Shown: one piece after another, positions 18,576-26,913 of the stretch
Layout: every line of letters starts with the position of its first letter
How positions within the stretch are numbered: the stretch's first letter is position 1
From: a virus
Taxonomy: Duplodnaviria; Caudoviricetes
IMG/VR virus record: IMGVR_UViG_3300033149_005620
Span: 1-56,561 of that record
Strand: one strand, 5' to 3'
DNA: 56,561 nucleotides
Translations under genes and position numbers: made by a program
The notes under the pieces: generated by a model
Told to the model about the DNA's origin: nothing
The model's input: only the letters and a program-made list of their open reading frames with translations
Database searches by the model: none

Positions 18576-19024
18576 TTGTTATGCCGTTCATAGATGACCG
18601 AATAGGAGGCATGGCCATGTCCGAGACAAAATCGCACCTGAATCTTTGCCTTGTTGCCTGCTGGAGTTTGGTCTGGTCAGCGACGATCCTTTCAAGGGGA
18701 CCAAAAGACCTCAGCCTCCTCTACTACATTGTATATTCTCGCCAGTTGCCCCTCAGGCCATTGATTTCTATACCCGTATACGTTTTTGGCGTTTGGCTCC
18801 TGGGTTGTGGTTCAATACTTCTCATCAGCAAAGCTATGACAGCGTTAACGCCTGAAAGATGGAGAGAAAACCGCGTCACCATTATTACCTGCGTTTTATT
18901 GGCCCTGTGGGCTTTTTACGCCCTGATGATTCTTGAGGACTCCGAGTTATGGGCATTCGGCACTTTTTTTATTGGTGTCCCCTTTCTGCTCATCTACATG
19001 TTCATCAAGAGCAGGAAAAAGTAA
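18572..19024 (+). CDS. Four-helix membrane protein (possible superinfection exclusion)
   Basis: Four hydrophobic segments; AGGAGG RBS before the internal Met. Confidence 0.6.
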   Translation: MIVMPFIDDRIGGMAMSETKSHLNLCLVACWSLVWSATILSRGPKDLSLLYYIVYSRQLPLRPLISIPVYVFGVWLLGCGSILLISKAMTALTPERWRENRVTIITCVLLALWAFYALMILEDSELWAFGTFFIGVPFLLIYMFIKSRKK

Positions 19025-19198
19025 TTCCATGACCGTCACCTCGCCATTGGTGGCTTCCTGGATCTTAAGGGCAAGCTCAGGAGAGGGGCGACGGGCACCA
19101 CGCAGGATGAGGCTAACAGCAGATTTCGAAATCGATAGCTGTTTTGCAAAGCCTGCTTGACTAAGTTTATATTTCTCTAAATAGTCTTTTATCCGCAT
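18947..19198 (-). CDS. Cro-like HTH regulator
   Basis: LSQAGFAKQLSISKSAVSLILRGARRPSPELALKIQEATNGEVT; divergent from the CI-like gene. Confidence 0.88.
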   Translation of the reverse strand: MRIKDYLEKYKLSQAGFAKQLSISKSAVSLILRGARRPSPELALKIQEATNGEVTVMELLFPALDEHVDEQKGDTNKKSAECP

Positions 19199-19214
19199 AG
19201 GAAATGTATATCAA

Positions 19215-19778
19215 ATGATTTACGACCCGTCAACGGTTTTATTGCTCCCCGGTAAGGAGTTTACTTGCCTTTTGAAGTCGTTCATGAAGACAAAGAAAAT
19301 CTCTTATAACGAATTGGCGCAGAGAATGGGGAAAACAAAGTCAGCCGTCCATAATAATCTGAAAGGCAATCCCAAAACACCCACCCGCGAAAAACTCCTT
19401 CAGGCATTAGGCGAAAAGGATGTCTTGCAGTATTATTTTAATAGCGTCCCGTCTTCACCAAAAAATGGAATAGAGATTGAGGCCAGAGATCTTGCCGTTA
19501 TCCAGGCAATGGCTGACGTAAAAGAAATCATGGAGTCGCGAAATGAGATTATCATCGCTGCCTTGCGGGCAAACATAGCAGCCTTTAAGGCAGCCGTCCG
19601 AGCTGAGGCAAGGTTGAAACAGAGCGAAGAGAAATGGAAGCATACCGAAACGAACCTAAAGCAAGAGATAGATAGGCTAGAAAAAAAAGTGCGATATCTG
19701 GAGCAGTTGGCCGGCCCCCAGCAAGAGTCCTCTACCGGAAAGGCAGATGGCATCGGTACGCAGAAAAAGAGAGTGTAA
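19215..19778 (+). CDS. CI-like XRE repressor with C-terminal coiled coil (likely start 19284)
   Basis: ISYNELAQRMGKTKSAVHNNLKG HTH; no S24 peptidase domain visible. Confidence 0.78.
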   Translation: MIYDPSTVLLLPGKEFTCLLKSFMKTKKISYNELAQRMGKTKSAVHNNLKGNPKTPTREKLLQALGEKDVLQYYFNSVPSSPKNGIEIEARDLAVIQAMADVKEIMESRNEIIIAALRANIAAFKAAVRAEARLKQSEEKWKHTETNLKQEIDRLEKKVRYLEQLAGPQQESSTGKADGIGTQKKRV

Positions 19779-19784
19779 TATACT

Positions 19785-20162
19785 TTGAATTTAGTTGAAG
19801 AAAGAATTGATTTTGGCTTGCAAAACTTGATGAAACTAGGAGGGGCTATGGAAAACCATGAAAGCGGAATGATTTTCAATATCCTGATCAAAGAAGACGA
19901 TGGCATGTTTGTCGCTCACTGTCTGGAGCTCGATATCGTTGCCACCGCGGAGAGTGTCGAACAAGCCCAGAAAGACATAATTGCCCTCATATGCGCTCAG
20001 GTCGACTACGCATTCAGCAACGATAATCTTGAGAACCTTTACTGTCCCGCCCCCGCAGAAGTATGGCAAGAGTTTTGGAGTGCAGAAAACAGCGGGGGAA
20101 GAGATATAAGATTGAAAATACCTTCAAAGCCTGAGCCTGAAATTTCTCTTGATTTTTGTTAG
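19785..20162 (+). CDS. HicB-like antitoxin-fold protein (orphan)
   Basis: ILIKEDDGMFVAHCLELDIVATAESVEQA; GGAGGGG RBS before MENHES. Confidence 0.65.
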   Translation: MNLVEERIDFGLQNLMKLGGAMENHESGMIFNILIKEDDGMFVAHCLELDIVATAESVEQAQKDIIALICAQVDYAFSNDNLENLYCPAPAEVWQEFWSAENSGGRDIRLKIPSKPEPEISLDFC

Positions 20163-20205
20163 AAAATGACGATATTATTTACGTGTGTTAAAAGCTGCTT
20201 TGAGT

Positions 20206-20276
20206 AAAAAGTGCCCCTTGTGACGCTTCGGGAAATTAAGAAATAGCTCGGAGCCGACCAAGGGGCTTTGCTTTTT
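20206..20276 (+). ncRNA. Long RNA hairpin in the leader of the NYN gene
   Basis: AAAAAGT/GCTTTTT, GCCCCTTG(20213-20220)/CAAGGGGC(20259-20266) and GCTTCGGG/CTCGGAGC stems; T-rich 3' end; possible promoter TTGATT(20149)-N18-TATTAT(20173). Confidence 0.55.
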
Positions 20277-20287
20277 GTGGAGGAGTC

Positions 20288-20920
20288 ATGCGGAGAGTTG
20301 TATTCATGATTGATGGTTGGTTCATGCGTAAAAGGATATATAAGCTCAAAACATTTTACTATTCAGGCCCTGAGATCCGCAAATACTGCTTAAAGCATTT
20401 GCGGGAGAACGATTATCTATACCGTATCTTCTATTATGATACCGCCCCTTTAGAGAAAAAGGGGCATAACCCCATATCAAAAAAAGCCATCGATTTCAGT
20501 CAGACCGCCGTAGCCAAAGCCCAGAGTAAGTTATTCGAATCCATAAAAACCACGCCTAACTTTGCCCTTCGCCTTGGTAAGGCGGTTTGGAAAAACAATG
20601 AATGGATACTGGCTCCAGATAAACTCAAATCACTGATAAGCAAAAATCTATCTGTTGATGATCTTTCTGAGCACGATGTTCGCCCCCTTATTGAGCAAAA
20701 GGCCGTTGATATGAGGATCGGCCTTGATATAGCCCTCATAGCGATAAAAAGAATAGCTGATTTATTGATCATTATCACCGGGGATGCAGATATTGTCCCT
20801 GCTTTGAAGTTTGCGAGACGTGAAGGCATGCAGGTTTGCCTTGATCCGCTACGCAATCCTATTCAACCGGAGCTGGAAGAACACGTGGATTTCATAGATA
20901 CAAAGATTCCCAAATTATAG
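20288..20920 (+). CDS. NYN-domain (PIN-like, LabA/DUF88) ribonuclease
   Basis: VFMIDGWF, YRIFYYD, EQKAVDMRIGLD, ITGDADIVPALKFARREG. Confidence 0.92.
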   Translation: MRRVVFMIDGWFMRKRIYKLKTFYYSGPEIRKYCLKHLRENDYLYRIFYYDTAPLEKKGHNPISKKAIDFSQTAVAKAQSKLFESIKTTPNFALRLGKAVWKNNEWILAPDKLKSLISKNLSVDDLSEHDVRPLIEQKAVDMRIGLDIALIAIKRIADLLIIITGDADIVPALKFARREGMQVCLDPLRNPIQPELEEHVDFIDTKIPKL

Positions 20921-21045
20921 GCCATTCATTCCTCCCTCATAATACCCGCTAGAGCTTTCCACCGAGATAACTAACCCTTGCCAATCATCTCTCCACCAGT
21001 GGCACTTGAGTGTAGGTTTTTATTGCCGAATCATATCTTTTTTAG

Positions 21046-21074
21046 TTGACAAGTTGTAAATCTTTTAATATACT
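21046..21074 (+). promoter_or_regulatory. Sigma70 promoter for the rightward early operon
   Basis: TTGACA(21046-21051)-17 bp-TATACT(21069-21074). Confidence 0.8.
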
Positions 21075-21083
21075 TCCCCAATC

Positions 21084-21338
21084 ATGACCACCAAAATCGT
21101 CATAGTCAAGCAGCATCTCTACGAAACCATCAAGGCCGATTTTAGGCGCCAGGGCTGGGAGTTCTGCTCCGCGGTGTTTAAGGGAGGCCTGGTCACGCTT
21201 GAGTTTAGCCTAACCCCGCCACGCCCCGCCAAGCCACGGCATGCCCTGCCAAGCTGGGCCACGTTGGGCCAAGCCTCGCCATGCCATGGAAACCAAAAAA
21301 CCAGTAAGGAGGACAGCAGATGTATGAAATCGAAGTAA
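21084..21338 (+). CDS. Small hypothetical protein, nearly leaderless; its C-terminal half reads through array 1
   Basis: The first ~43 aa look protein-like; the rest is repeat-derived low complexity (PPRPAKPRHA). Confidence 0.45.
   Translation: MTTKIVIVKQHLYETIKADFRRQGWEFCSAVFKGGLVTLEFSLTPPRPAKPRHALPSWATLGQASPCHGNQKTSKEDSRCMKSK
21206..21285. repeat. Pentamer array 1: 16 x NN-RCC (GGY-NN on the minus strand), candidate guide RNA
   Basis: taGCC taACC ccGCC acGCC ccGCC aaGCC acGGC atGCC ctGCC aaGCT ggGCC acGTT ggGCC aaGCC tcGCC atGCC. Confidence 0.9.
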
Positions 21339-21919
21339 CGGTAAGAGGTTTGACGCCGATCCTGATGCACAGCGCAAGAGCGATGATGGCCCAGGCCAGC
21401 GTAAGGACGCGCAGCCAGTCAATCCCGCTCTCGGAAGACGAAGCGGAGCTATCGGCGTACAAGACCGAGGATGGATTTCTCTACATGCCAGGTGATGCAT
21501 TTCGCTCATCCATCGTCCAGGCCGCCGGGCCTTACAAGCAGGGTCGCACCTCGGTCAAGAGCGTGCTGAGCGGCGCGATCCTGGAGATGAAACCGGAAGA
21601 GCTGATCCTGGTGCGTGATGGCAAACGCATCACCGAATACGCAGTGGATGTCCGCAGGGTGGTAGTGCAGGGGAACGCGGTCCTGCGCTCCAGGGCCAGG
21701 ATAGACCTCCCCTGGGAGACAACGTGGGAGATGTGGATCGATGAGAACATGTTCAACGAAAGCTTCATCAAGGATACCCTGCCAGATATTATCAACCGCG
21801 CCGGACTGGTGATAGGCGTGGGGGACTTCCGGCCCGGATCTCCGAAGTGCAAGACGGGGAGATTCGGGCGATACGAGATTGCGAAGTATGAGTTCCCGGT
21901 TAAGAAGGGGGGCAAGTAA
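21320..21919 (+). CDS. Stand-alone RAMP/Cas7-like protein
   Basis: N-terminal beta strand plus TP (IEVTVRGLTPILMH), YMPGDAFRSSI (like RAMP iPGSslKG), thumb-like VDVRRVVVQGNAVLRSRARI, C-terminal Gly-rich loop GVGDFRPGSPKCKTGRFGRY; AAGGAGG RBS. Confidence 0.72.
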   Translation: MYEIEVTVRGLTPILMHSARAMMAQASVRTRSQSIPLSEDEAELSAYKTEDGFLYMPGDAFRSSIVQAAGPYKQGRTSVKSVLSGAILEMKPEELILVRDGKRITEYAVDVRRVVVQGNAVLRSRARIDLPWETTWEMWIDENMFNESFIKDTLPDIINRAGLVIGVGDFRPGSPKCKTGRFGRYEIAKYEFPVKKGGK

Positions 21920-21928
21920 TGCTTTTAC

Positions 21929-21993
21929 ACGCCTAGCCCGGCCATGCCGAGCCCGGCCGAGCCGGGTCCGGCCGCGCCAAGCCAAGCCAAGCT
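21929..21993. repeat. Pentamer array 2: 13 x NN-RCC (GGY-NN on the minus strand), candidate guide RNA
   Basis: acGCC taGCC cgGCC atGCC gaGCC cgGCC gaGCC ggGTC cgGCC gcGCC aaGCC aaGCC aaGCT; fully intergenic. Confidence 0.9.
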
Positions 21994-22019
21994 TATTATG
22001 ATCAAGGGAGCGACACAGC

Positions 22020-22805
22020 ATGAAGCATCTGGAGAGTAAAGAAGTCAACATCGCAGAGCTGGTGCTGGACTTCAACATCTACCCCCGGCACACGATAAGC
22101 GACAGCACCGCCAGGAAGTATCAGGAGGCCTACAGCCTGGGGGCCGAGTTCCCTCCCGTGAGGGTGGAGGCCAGGTCAATGCGGGTGGTGGACGGATTTC
22201 ACCGCGTCGCCGCCTGCACCAGGAATAAATCCGATACCATCAAAGCAGAGCTCTACGAATTTGAGGATGATAAGGATCTCCTGTTCTGGGCAATGGCCTG
22301 GAATTCCACGCACGGCCAGAACCTGTCAGAGGTTGACTACGCCAGATGCTACCTGATCGGCACAAAGGCCGGAATGAAGCCGGAGCTGATAGCCGAAGCC
22401 CTGAGTGTGAAAATTACCAAGCTAAAGCACGCGAGGCAGAAAGGCGTCGCGGATCCCAAGCTCAGACGCGCAATAACGCACGCAGACTCAGCAATATTCA
22501 AGAAGCCATCCCGCAGTGACCTTGTCCAGCCCAAAATCAAGGAAGATGAGGAGCAAAAGAAGGTCAACAGGATCTTCGAGAGCCCCACCAGGCAGGGGGC
22601 GGAAAGAAAACCCGATGAGCCAGTGATAGACTGGCGCGAGCGCTACGAGAGGGAGCTGGAGATCAGGCTCGCCCTCGAGAAGGAGAACGAGAAGCTGAAG
22701 GAGCAGGTAAGACGACTGAAGGAGACAGTGTTTCGCCTCAGCCGGGAAATCAACCCCGATGAGCCTGAATTCGTCCCCGACGAGGCGGAGGACGCCGTGC
22801 TCTAA
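22020..22805 (+). CDS. ParB/Srx-like N-terminal domain protein with coiled coil
   Basis: IYPR, FPPVRV...VVDGFHRVAA, NSTHGQNLS, HTH-like IAEALSV. Confidence 0.82.
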   Translation: MKHLESKEVNIAELVLDFNIYPRHTISDSTARKYQEAYSLGAEFPPVRVEARSMRVVDGFHRVAACTRNKSDTIKAELYEFEDDKDLLFWAMAWNSTHGQNLSEVDYARCYLIGTKAGMKPELIAEALSVKITKLKHARQKGVADPKLRRAITHADSAIFKKPSRSDLVQPKIKEDEEQKKVNRIFESPTRQGAERKPDEPVIDWRERYERELEIRLALEKENEKLKEQVRRLKETVFRLSREINPDEPEFVPDEAEDAVL

Positions 22806-22817
22806 AGGGAGGCACTG

Positions 22818-23045
22818 ATGATGTCGGACCTGGAGCTTTTCGAAATTCATGAGGGAAGACGCAAGAAGGTCGCCATTGTGAGCGAGGAGATCATCTCGCG
22901 CATGGGGCCTGAGGCCTTCTTCCCGATCCAGAAAGCTCTGGGACGCATGTGGGACCCTACCCCGGATTCGTCTGGGAATCCGTTTAGCGCCCGGTCGCCC
23001 CAACAAGGGTGGGGTTGGGACCGCAAGCGCGACGGTGACAGGTAG
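22818..23045 (+). CDS. Hypothetical protein
   Basis: GGGAGG RBS. Confidence 0.5.
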   Translation: MMSDLELFEIHEGRRKKVAIVSEEIISRMGPEAFFPIQKALGRMWDPTPDSSGNPFSARSPQQGWGWDRKRDGDR

Positions 23046-23200
23046 GGCCAAGAAAATAAAGCGTAGGAGGTTAGGCAGGGGCGCGTAACCGGGCAACCTA
23101 ACAGCATAACCTTTTGAGCCCGGGCGGGACCTAGTGGCCTGCGGAGCCAAAGCCGGGGTCTCCGCCAGGCCCATGGCCCCGCCCCAGAAGGGAGAGGTTC

Positions 23201-23473
23201 GTGCCCCGAAAGGACACAAGGCAGCAGCTACCGCTTTTCACTCCTCTTGGCCGTGCATTCTCAGAAGAGCGCGAAGCTGCCGACATGCGCATAATGGTTT
23301 TGGATTCCCTTGCGAAGCAATGGTACGGAGGCCTCCAGCGGGTCGAAGGTGAGAACTGTATCGAATGCGGAAAACCGCTCTACTTCCACTGGAATTACTT
23401 GAACTCCAAGTCGAAGGCGATTGTCTATTGCAGAGATTGCGGATGGCATACGGAGGTGCAGCTCAATGATTGA
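23201..23473 (+). CDS. Zinc-ribbon protein
   Basis: CIECG...YCRDCGW. Confidence 0.6.
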   Translation: MPRKDTRQQLPLFTPLGRAFSEEREAADMRIMVLDSLAKQWYGGLQRVEGENCIECGKPLYFHWNYLNSKSKAIVYCRDCGWHTEVQLND

Positions 23474-23625
23474 TAACCCAATCTATAGTGAACTTGACCG
23501 CCTCTACCAGCAGAACCTGGAATTGCGGCAGAGGCTCGGCAGTGTCCTTGCGGAAAACAGGCGACTCAGGAGGACGTTGGGGCTTATCGTGAAGGTTCTG
23601 AAATATAACTTACCGAGGAGGAAAA

Positions 23626-24747
23626 ATGAGCAAACACGATAGCGCATCAGCACAGGAACAAAAGGAGTTTTCCCTGGAGGAATACAGGGCAAGGTCGTTC
23701 AACGTGTTAGTCCCCACCCAAACCCTCAGGACCTATTCCGACATGCACGAGCCCGTCCTTGAGCAGGTGTTCCTATCACCCAACCCGGACGACGGCGACG
23801 TGTACGTCCAGGAGCAGGGGAATCAAAGGAAGCCCACCAAATACGCGCTTACTAAGCAGGCACTCATGAAGCTGAGCCTTTGCGCTGGCATCATGTGGCA
23901 CCCTGCCGAGACAAGGCGCACGGATGACAGAAGCGATAAGAATTATGTGAGCTATCAAGCAGTCGGCGGGGTGCGCAAGTCCGACGGCACCTGGGTGTTC
24001 TGGAAGGGGGAGTACGACCTCGACTTTGAGGTCATCGAGATGGAGCTGGAGGAGCAGTACCGCAACAAGGCCGAGAAATACGAGGCCGACGAGGACGCCA
24101 CCTGGTGGCAGAAGAAGACTGAGGATGAAAAGGAAGCTTACATTCAGCGCTGCATCCGGAGGGACCTGCTCCAGAAGCGGAAGCATAAACTGAAACTGGC
24201 CGAATCCGGCGCAATGAACAGGGTGATCCGCGCCGTCCTCGGGATGAAAAGCACCTACACCAAAAAGGAGCTGGAACAGCCCTTTGTTGTGGCCCGGGTT
24301 GTATTCCGTCCCGATTACTCGGACCCGGAGGTTAGGCGGCAGCTCACCGAGGCGTCCATAGACGCTATGACGAGCATCTACGGCCCCCCCAGGGGCGCAT
24401 ACAAAGCGGGGGCGCCGGCGCCGGGCTCTGACCCTGGTCCTGGGAAGCCGCCGGATCAACAACGGCCCCCTGGGTCTCACACCATCATCGACGTAGAACC
24501 CGAGGAACCCCCGGACCCTGAAAACGGAGAGGCAGAGGGAGGACCGCCCGAGGGGGACAGCAGGGAAGTTGATTTCATCAACAGCGGCGTGGATGACCAG
24601 ATAAAGACCCTGACTCTGCTTGCAGCGCGTAAGGGCTATGACATGACGCAGCTCAAGAGGCCCATACTACAGTGGGAGCCTGAACACCGCATAGGCTTCT
24701 TCCGGAAGCTTAATTCCATGCCCGACAAAGAGGAGAACCCGTACTAG
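23626..24747 (+). CDS. Putative recombination/ssDNA-annealing protein
   Basis: 373 aa with a Pro-rich linker, upstream of SbcCD; function inferred from context only. Confidence 0.45.
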   Translation: MSKHDSASAQEQKEFSLEEYRARSFNVLVPTQTLRTYSDMHEPVLEQVFLSPNPDDGDVYVQEQGNQRKPTKYALTKQALMKLSLCAGIMWHPAETRRTDDRSDKNYVSYQAVGGVRKSDGTWVFWKGEYDLDFEVIEMELEEQYRNKAEKYEADEDATWWQKKTEDEKEAYIQRCIRRDLLQKRKHKLKLAESGAMNRVIRAVLGMKSTYTKKELEQPFVVARVVFRPDYSDPEVRRQLTEASIDAMTSIYGPPRGAYKAGAPAPGSDPGPGKPPDQQRPPGSHTIIDVEPEEPPDPENGEAEGGPPEGDSREVDFINSGVDDQIKTLTLLAARKGYDMTQLKRPILQWEPEHRIGFFRKLNSMPDKEENPY

Positions 24748-24883
24748 GCTGATGAACTGGATAATAGGGATAGTTTTCGTGCTGGGCATGTCTCTGGCCA
24801 TGAACGAGGGCGACTATTTCCCCTGGGCGAACCTGCTTGGATTTCTGTTAATGCTTGGCATGCTGAGGCTGATGAGGCGATAA

Positions 24884-25180
24884 ATGCGGTTGTTTGCAAG
24901 CATATTCTTTCTGTTGGGCGTGATCACCGCTGTACTGGTTTTGGGGCTGTTTGCAGGCTGGGTGCTCAAACGATGGGAGAGGGAGATGACGAAGGAGTAC
25001 GTAATAAAGGACAGGAAGATGGGGCTGTATTTTGTAGGTCATGCAGATGGCGGTCGGTACGAGCTCGGCTCGAAGCGCAGGGCAAGGCGTTTCCACAGCG
25101 CGTCCTTTGCCGCCTACGTCGTGGAGGCCCTCAGCAAGGTGGCGGAAGGTCCCTTTGAGATCGAGAAAATAAGGAGATGA
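24884..25180 (+). CDS. Hypothetical protein with N-terminal membrane helix
   Basis: ORF in a coupled operon. Confidence 0.45.
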   Translation: MRLFASIFFLLGVITAVLVLGLFAGWVLKRWEREMTKEYVIKDRKMGLYFVGHADGGRYELGSKRRARRFHSASFAAYVVEALSKVAEGPFEIEKIRR

Positions 25181-25383
25181 GGGAGATGGGCAAAACCTAT
25201 GAGATCCAATACTCCATGGCCGTGCGGCGCTGGGTCGGCGTGGAGCAGAAGGGTCCGCTCTCGAAGGTCCTCTGCGTGGGCGAGACCCCGGCGGAGTGCT
25301 TCAGCCAGCTTGAGCGGGCGGACGGCGCGGACACGAAGACCGTGTTCGCGGTCGAAGTGGAAAGCGAGGAGGCAACGCCATGA
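25177..25383 (+). CDS. Hypothetical protein
   Basis: ATGA overlaps on both sides. Confidence 0.55.
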   Translation: MREMGKTYEIQYSMAVRRWVGVEQKGPLSKVLCVGETPAECFSQLERADGADTKTVFAVEVESEEATP

Positions 25384-25655
25384 GATTGAACCAAGAGGTG
25401 ATTCAAACGATTGAGGAGAGCGTAAGCAGGCTCTTGTCGGAATACAAGGATGAACTGAATGAAGCCTATCTCAAATGCGACGAGAGGAAATTCTCCATAG
25501 CGCTGGGAACAAAGATTGAGGAGACCGACAACGGCCGCTTCAAAGTAGAGACCTCGATCAGCTTCGTGAAGGATAAGGTCAAGGACTCGACCATCGACTA
25601 TGTCGATGCCGAGCAAGTCTCATTCAACTTCAAAAACTCGGAGGCAGGCTCGTGA
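25380..25655 (+). CDS. Hypothetical protein
   Basis: Coupled to the sbcD-like gene. Confidence 0.65.
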   Translation: MRLNQEVIQTIEESVSRLLSEYKDELNEAYLKCDERKFSIALGTKIEETDNGRFKVETSISFVKDKVKDSTIDYVDAEQVSFNFKNSEAGS

Positions 25656-26887
25656 AGATATTCCACTTGGCAGACCTGCATATTCGTGACCACGATATAG
25701 ATCAGTGCTGGCGTTGCCTGCATGCTGTAACAGAAAAGGCGCAGGTGGAGCGGCCCGACCTCGTGGTCGTGGCGGGAGATATTTTCGACAACCAGGCGGT
25801 CAAGCTCGGGTCGGATTCGGCAAGGCTCGCGGTGGGCTGGTTCTCCCAGATAGCAGCTATTGCGCCGGTGATATGTGTAACGGGAACGCCGTCGCACGAC
25901 GGCAAAGCGCCCGAAATACTGGCACACATCAATAACCCGGGCATCTGGGTATCTGCGGTGCCGGAGCAGATCGTAGTCGCGAAGGGGGAAATCTGGACAA
26001 TGCAGGATTTCTGGGACACCGCATCCCCTGACATAAGCGATTGCGACTTGATCGTAAGTCTTGTTCCCGCGCCGACAAAGCAGTTCTGGGACAGCCGCGG
26101 CGGGATCCTCGAGACGGACCAGGAAATCTCTCAGACCATGAGCGGCATCTTCGCAGGGTTCGGGGACATCGCTTCGCAGTTTAGCTGCCCCCACATTTTA
26201 GTGGGCCACTTCTCTGTCCGGGGCGCAGAGATATCTGAAAGCCAGGTCATGGTCGGGCGCGAGATTGAGATTGGCAAAGACCAGCTTTCACTGGCCAACG
26301 CCCACCTGGTTCTCCTCGGGCACATACACAAGCGCCAGAGTATCGAACCCAACATCTTCTATTCCGGGTCCCTTTACCCTCTCAATTATGGCGAGAAGGA
26401 AGATAAGGGCTATTACATACAGACAATTGATGGGACCGCAACGCTGTCCCAATTCATCAAAACACCCCACCGCAAACTCACAAGGCTCATATATGACTTC
26501 ACCCGCCATGAGGAGGATACGCTGCACGACCTAGACATCGTGCTGTATAGCCTGGCCCCTGAAGAGGTCCAGGGGGCTGCCCTGCGCGTGGAGCTGAGGG
26601 TGTGGCAGGATGAAGCGGAACAGTTGGACCCTGAGGGAATCAAGAAATTCTACCTTGACGGCGACTTTAGCGTTTACAGGGCAAGCTCGGTTGAGGTGCG
26701 GATCGTGCGAGTACCCAGGGAGAATGTGAGGTGCGAAACTATCCTGAAAGCGCAAAAGCTGAGAGAGAAAATTCTTGAGCGAGCCCGGGTGTCCGGAGAA
26801 AACGGGGTGCCGGAGAGCATTCTGGAAAAGGCCGATAGCCTCGAAGCCCTGCCAGCACAGGAGCTTGTCGAGCGGGTATCACGCTAA
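25652..26887 (+). CDS. sbcD: SbcD/Mre11-like metallophosphoesterase nuclease
   Basis: HLADLH, AGDIFD, GTPSHD, LVGHF, LGHIH, YSGSL. Confidence 0.9.
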   Translation: MKIFHLADLHIRDHDIDQCWRCLHAVTEKAQVERPDLVVVAGDIFDNQAVKLGSDSARLAVGWFSQIAAIAPVICVTGTPSHDGKAPEILAHINNPGIWVSAVPEQIVVAKGEIWTMQDFWDTASPDISDCDLIVSLVPAPTKQFWDSRGGILETDQEISQTMSGIFAGFGDIASQFSCPHILVGHFSVRGAEISESQVMVGREIEIGKDQLSLANAHLVLLGHIHKRQSIEPNIFYSGSLYPLNYGEKEDKGYYIQTIDGTATLSQFIKTPHRKLTRLIYDFTRHEEDTLHDLDIVLYSLAPEEVQGAALRVELRVWQDEAEQLDPEGIKKFYLDGDFSVYRASSVEVRIVRVPRENVRCETILKAQKLREKILERARVSGENGVPESILEKADSLEALPAQELVERVSR

Positions 26888-26913
26888 AAGATTAACCCCA
26901 GGGGTTAATAGCT

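Noticed and set aside
21206-21993. CRISPR array or ordinary microsatellite reading of the pentamer arrays
   Set aside because: There are no 25-45-bp repeats with spacers, and variation is confined to two fixed positions per unit, unlike slippage repeats.
21119-22078. Minus-strand ORFs containing AWRGVA/ARLG-type peptides
   Set aside because: These are translation shadows of the arrays and the antisense of the RAMP gene; no RBS or domain.
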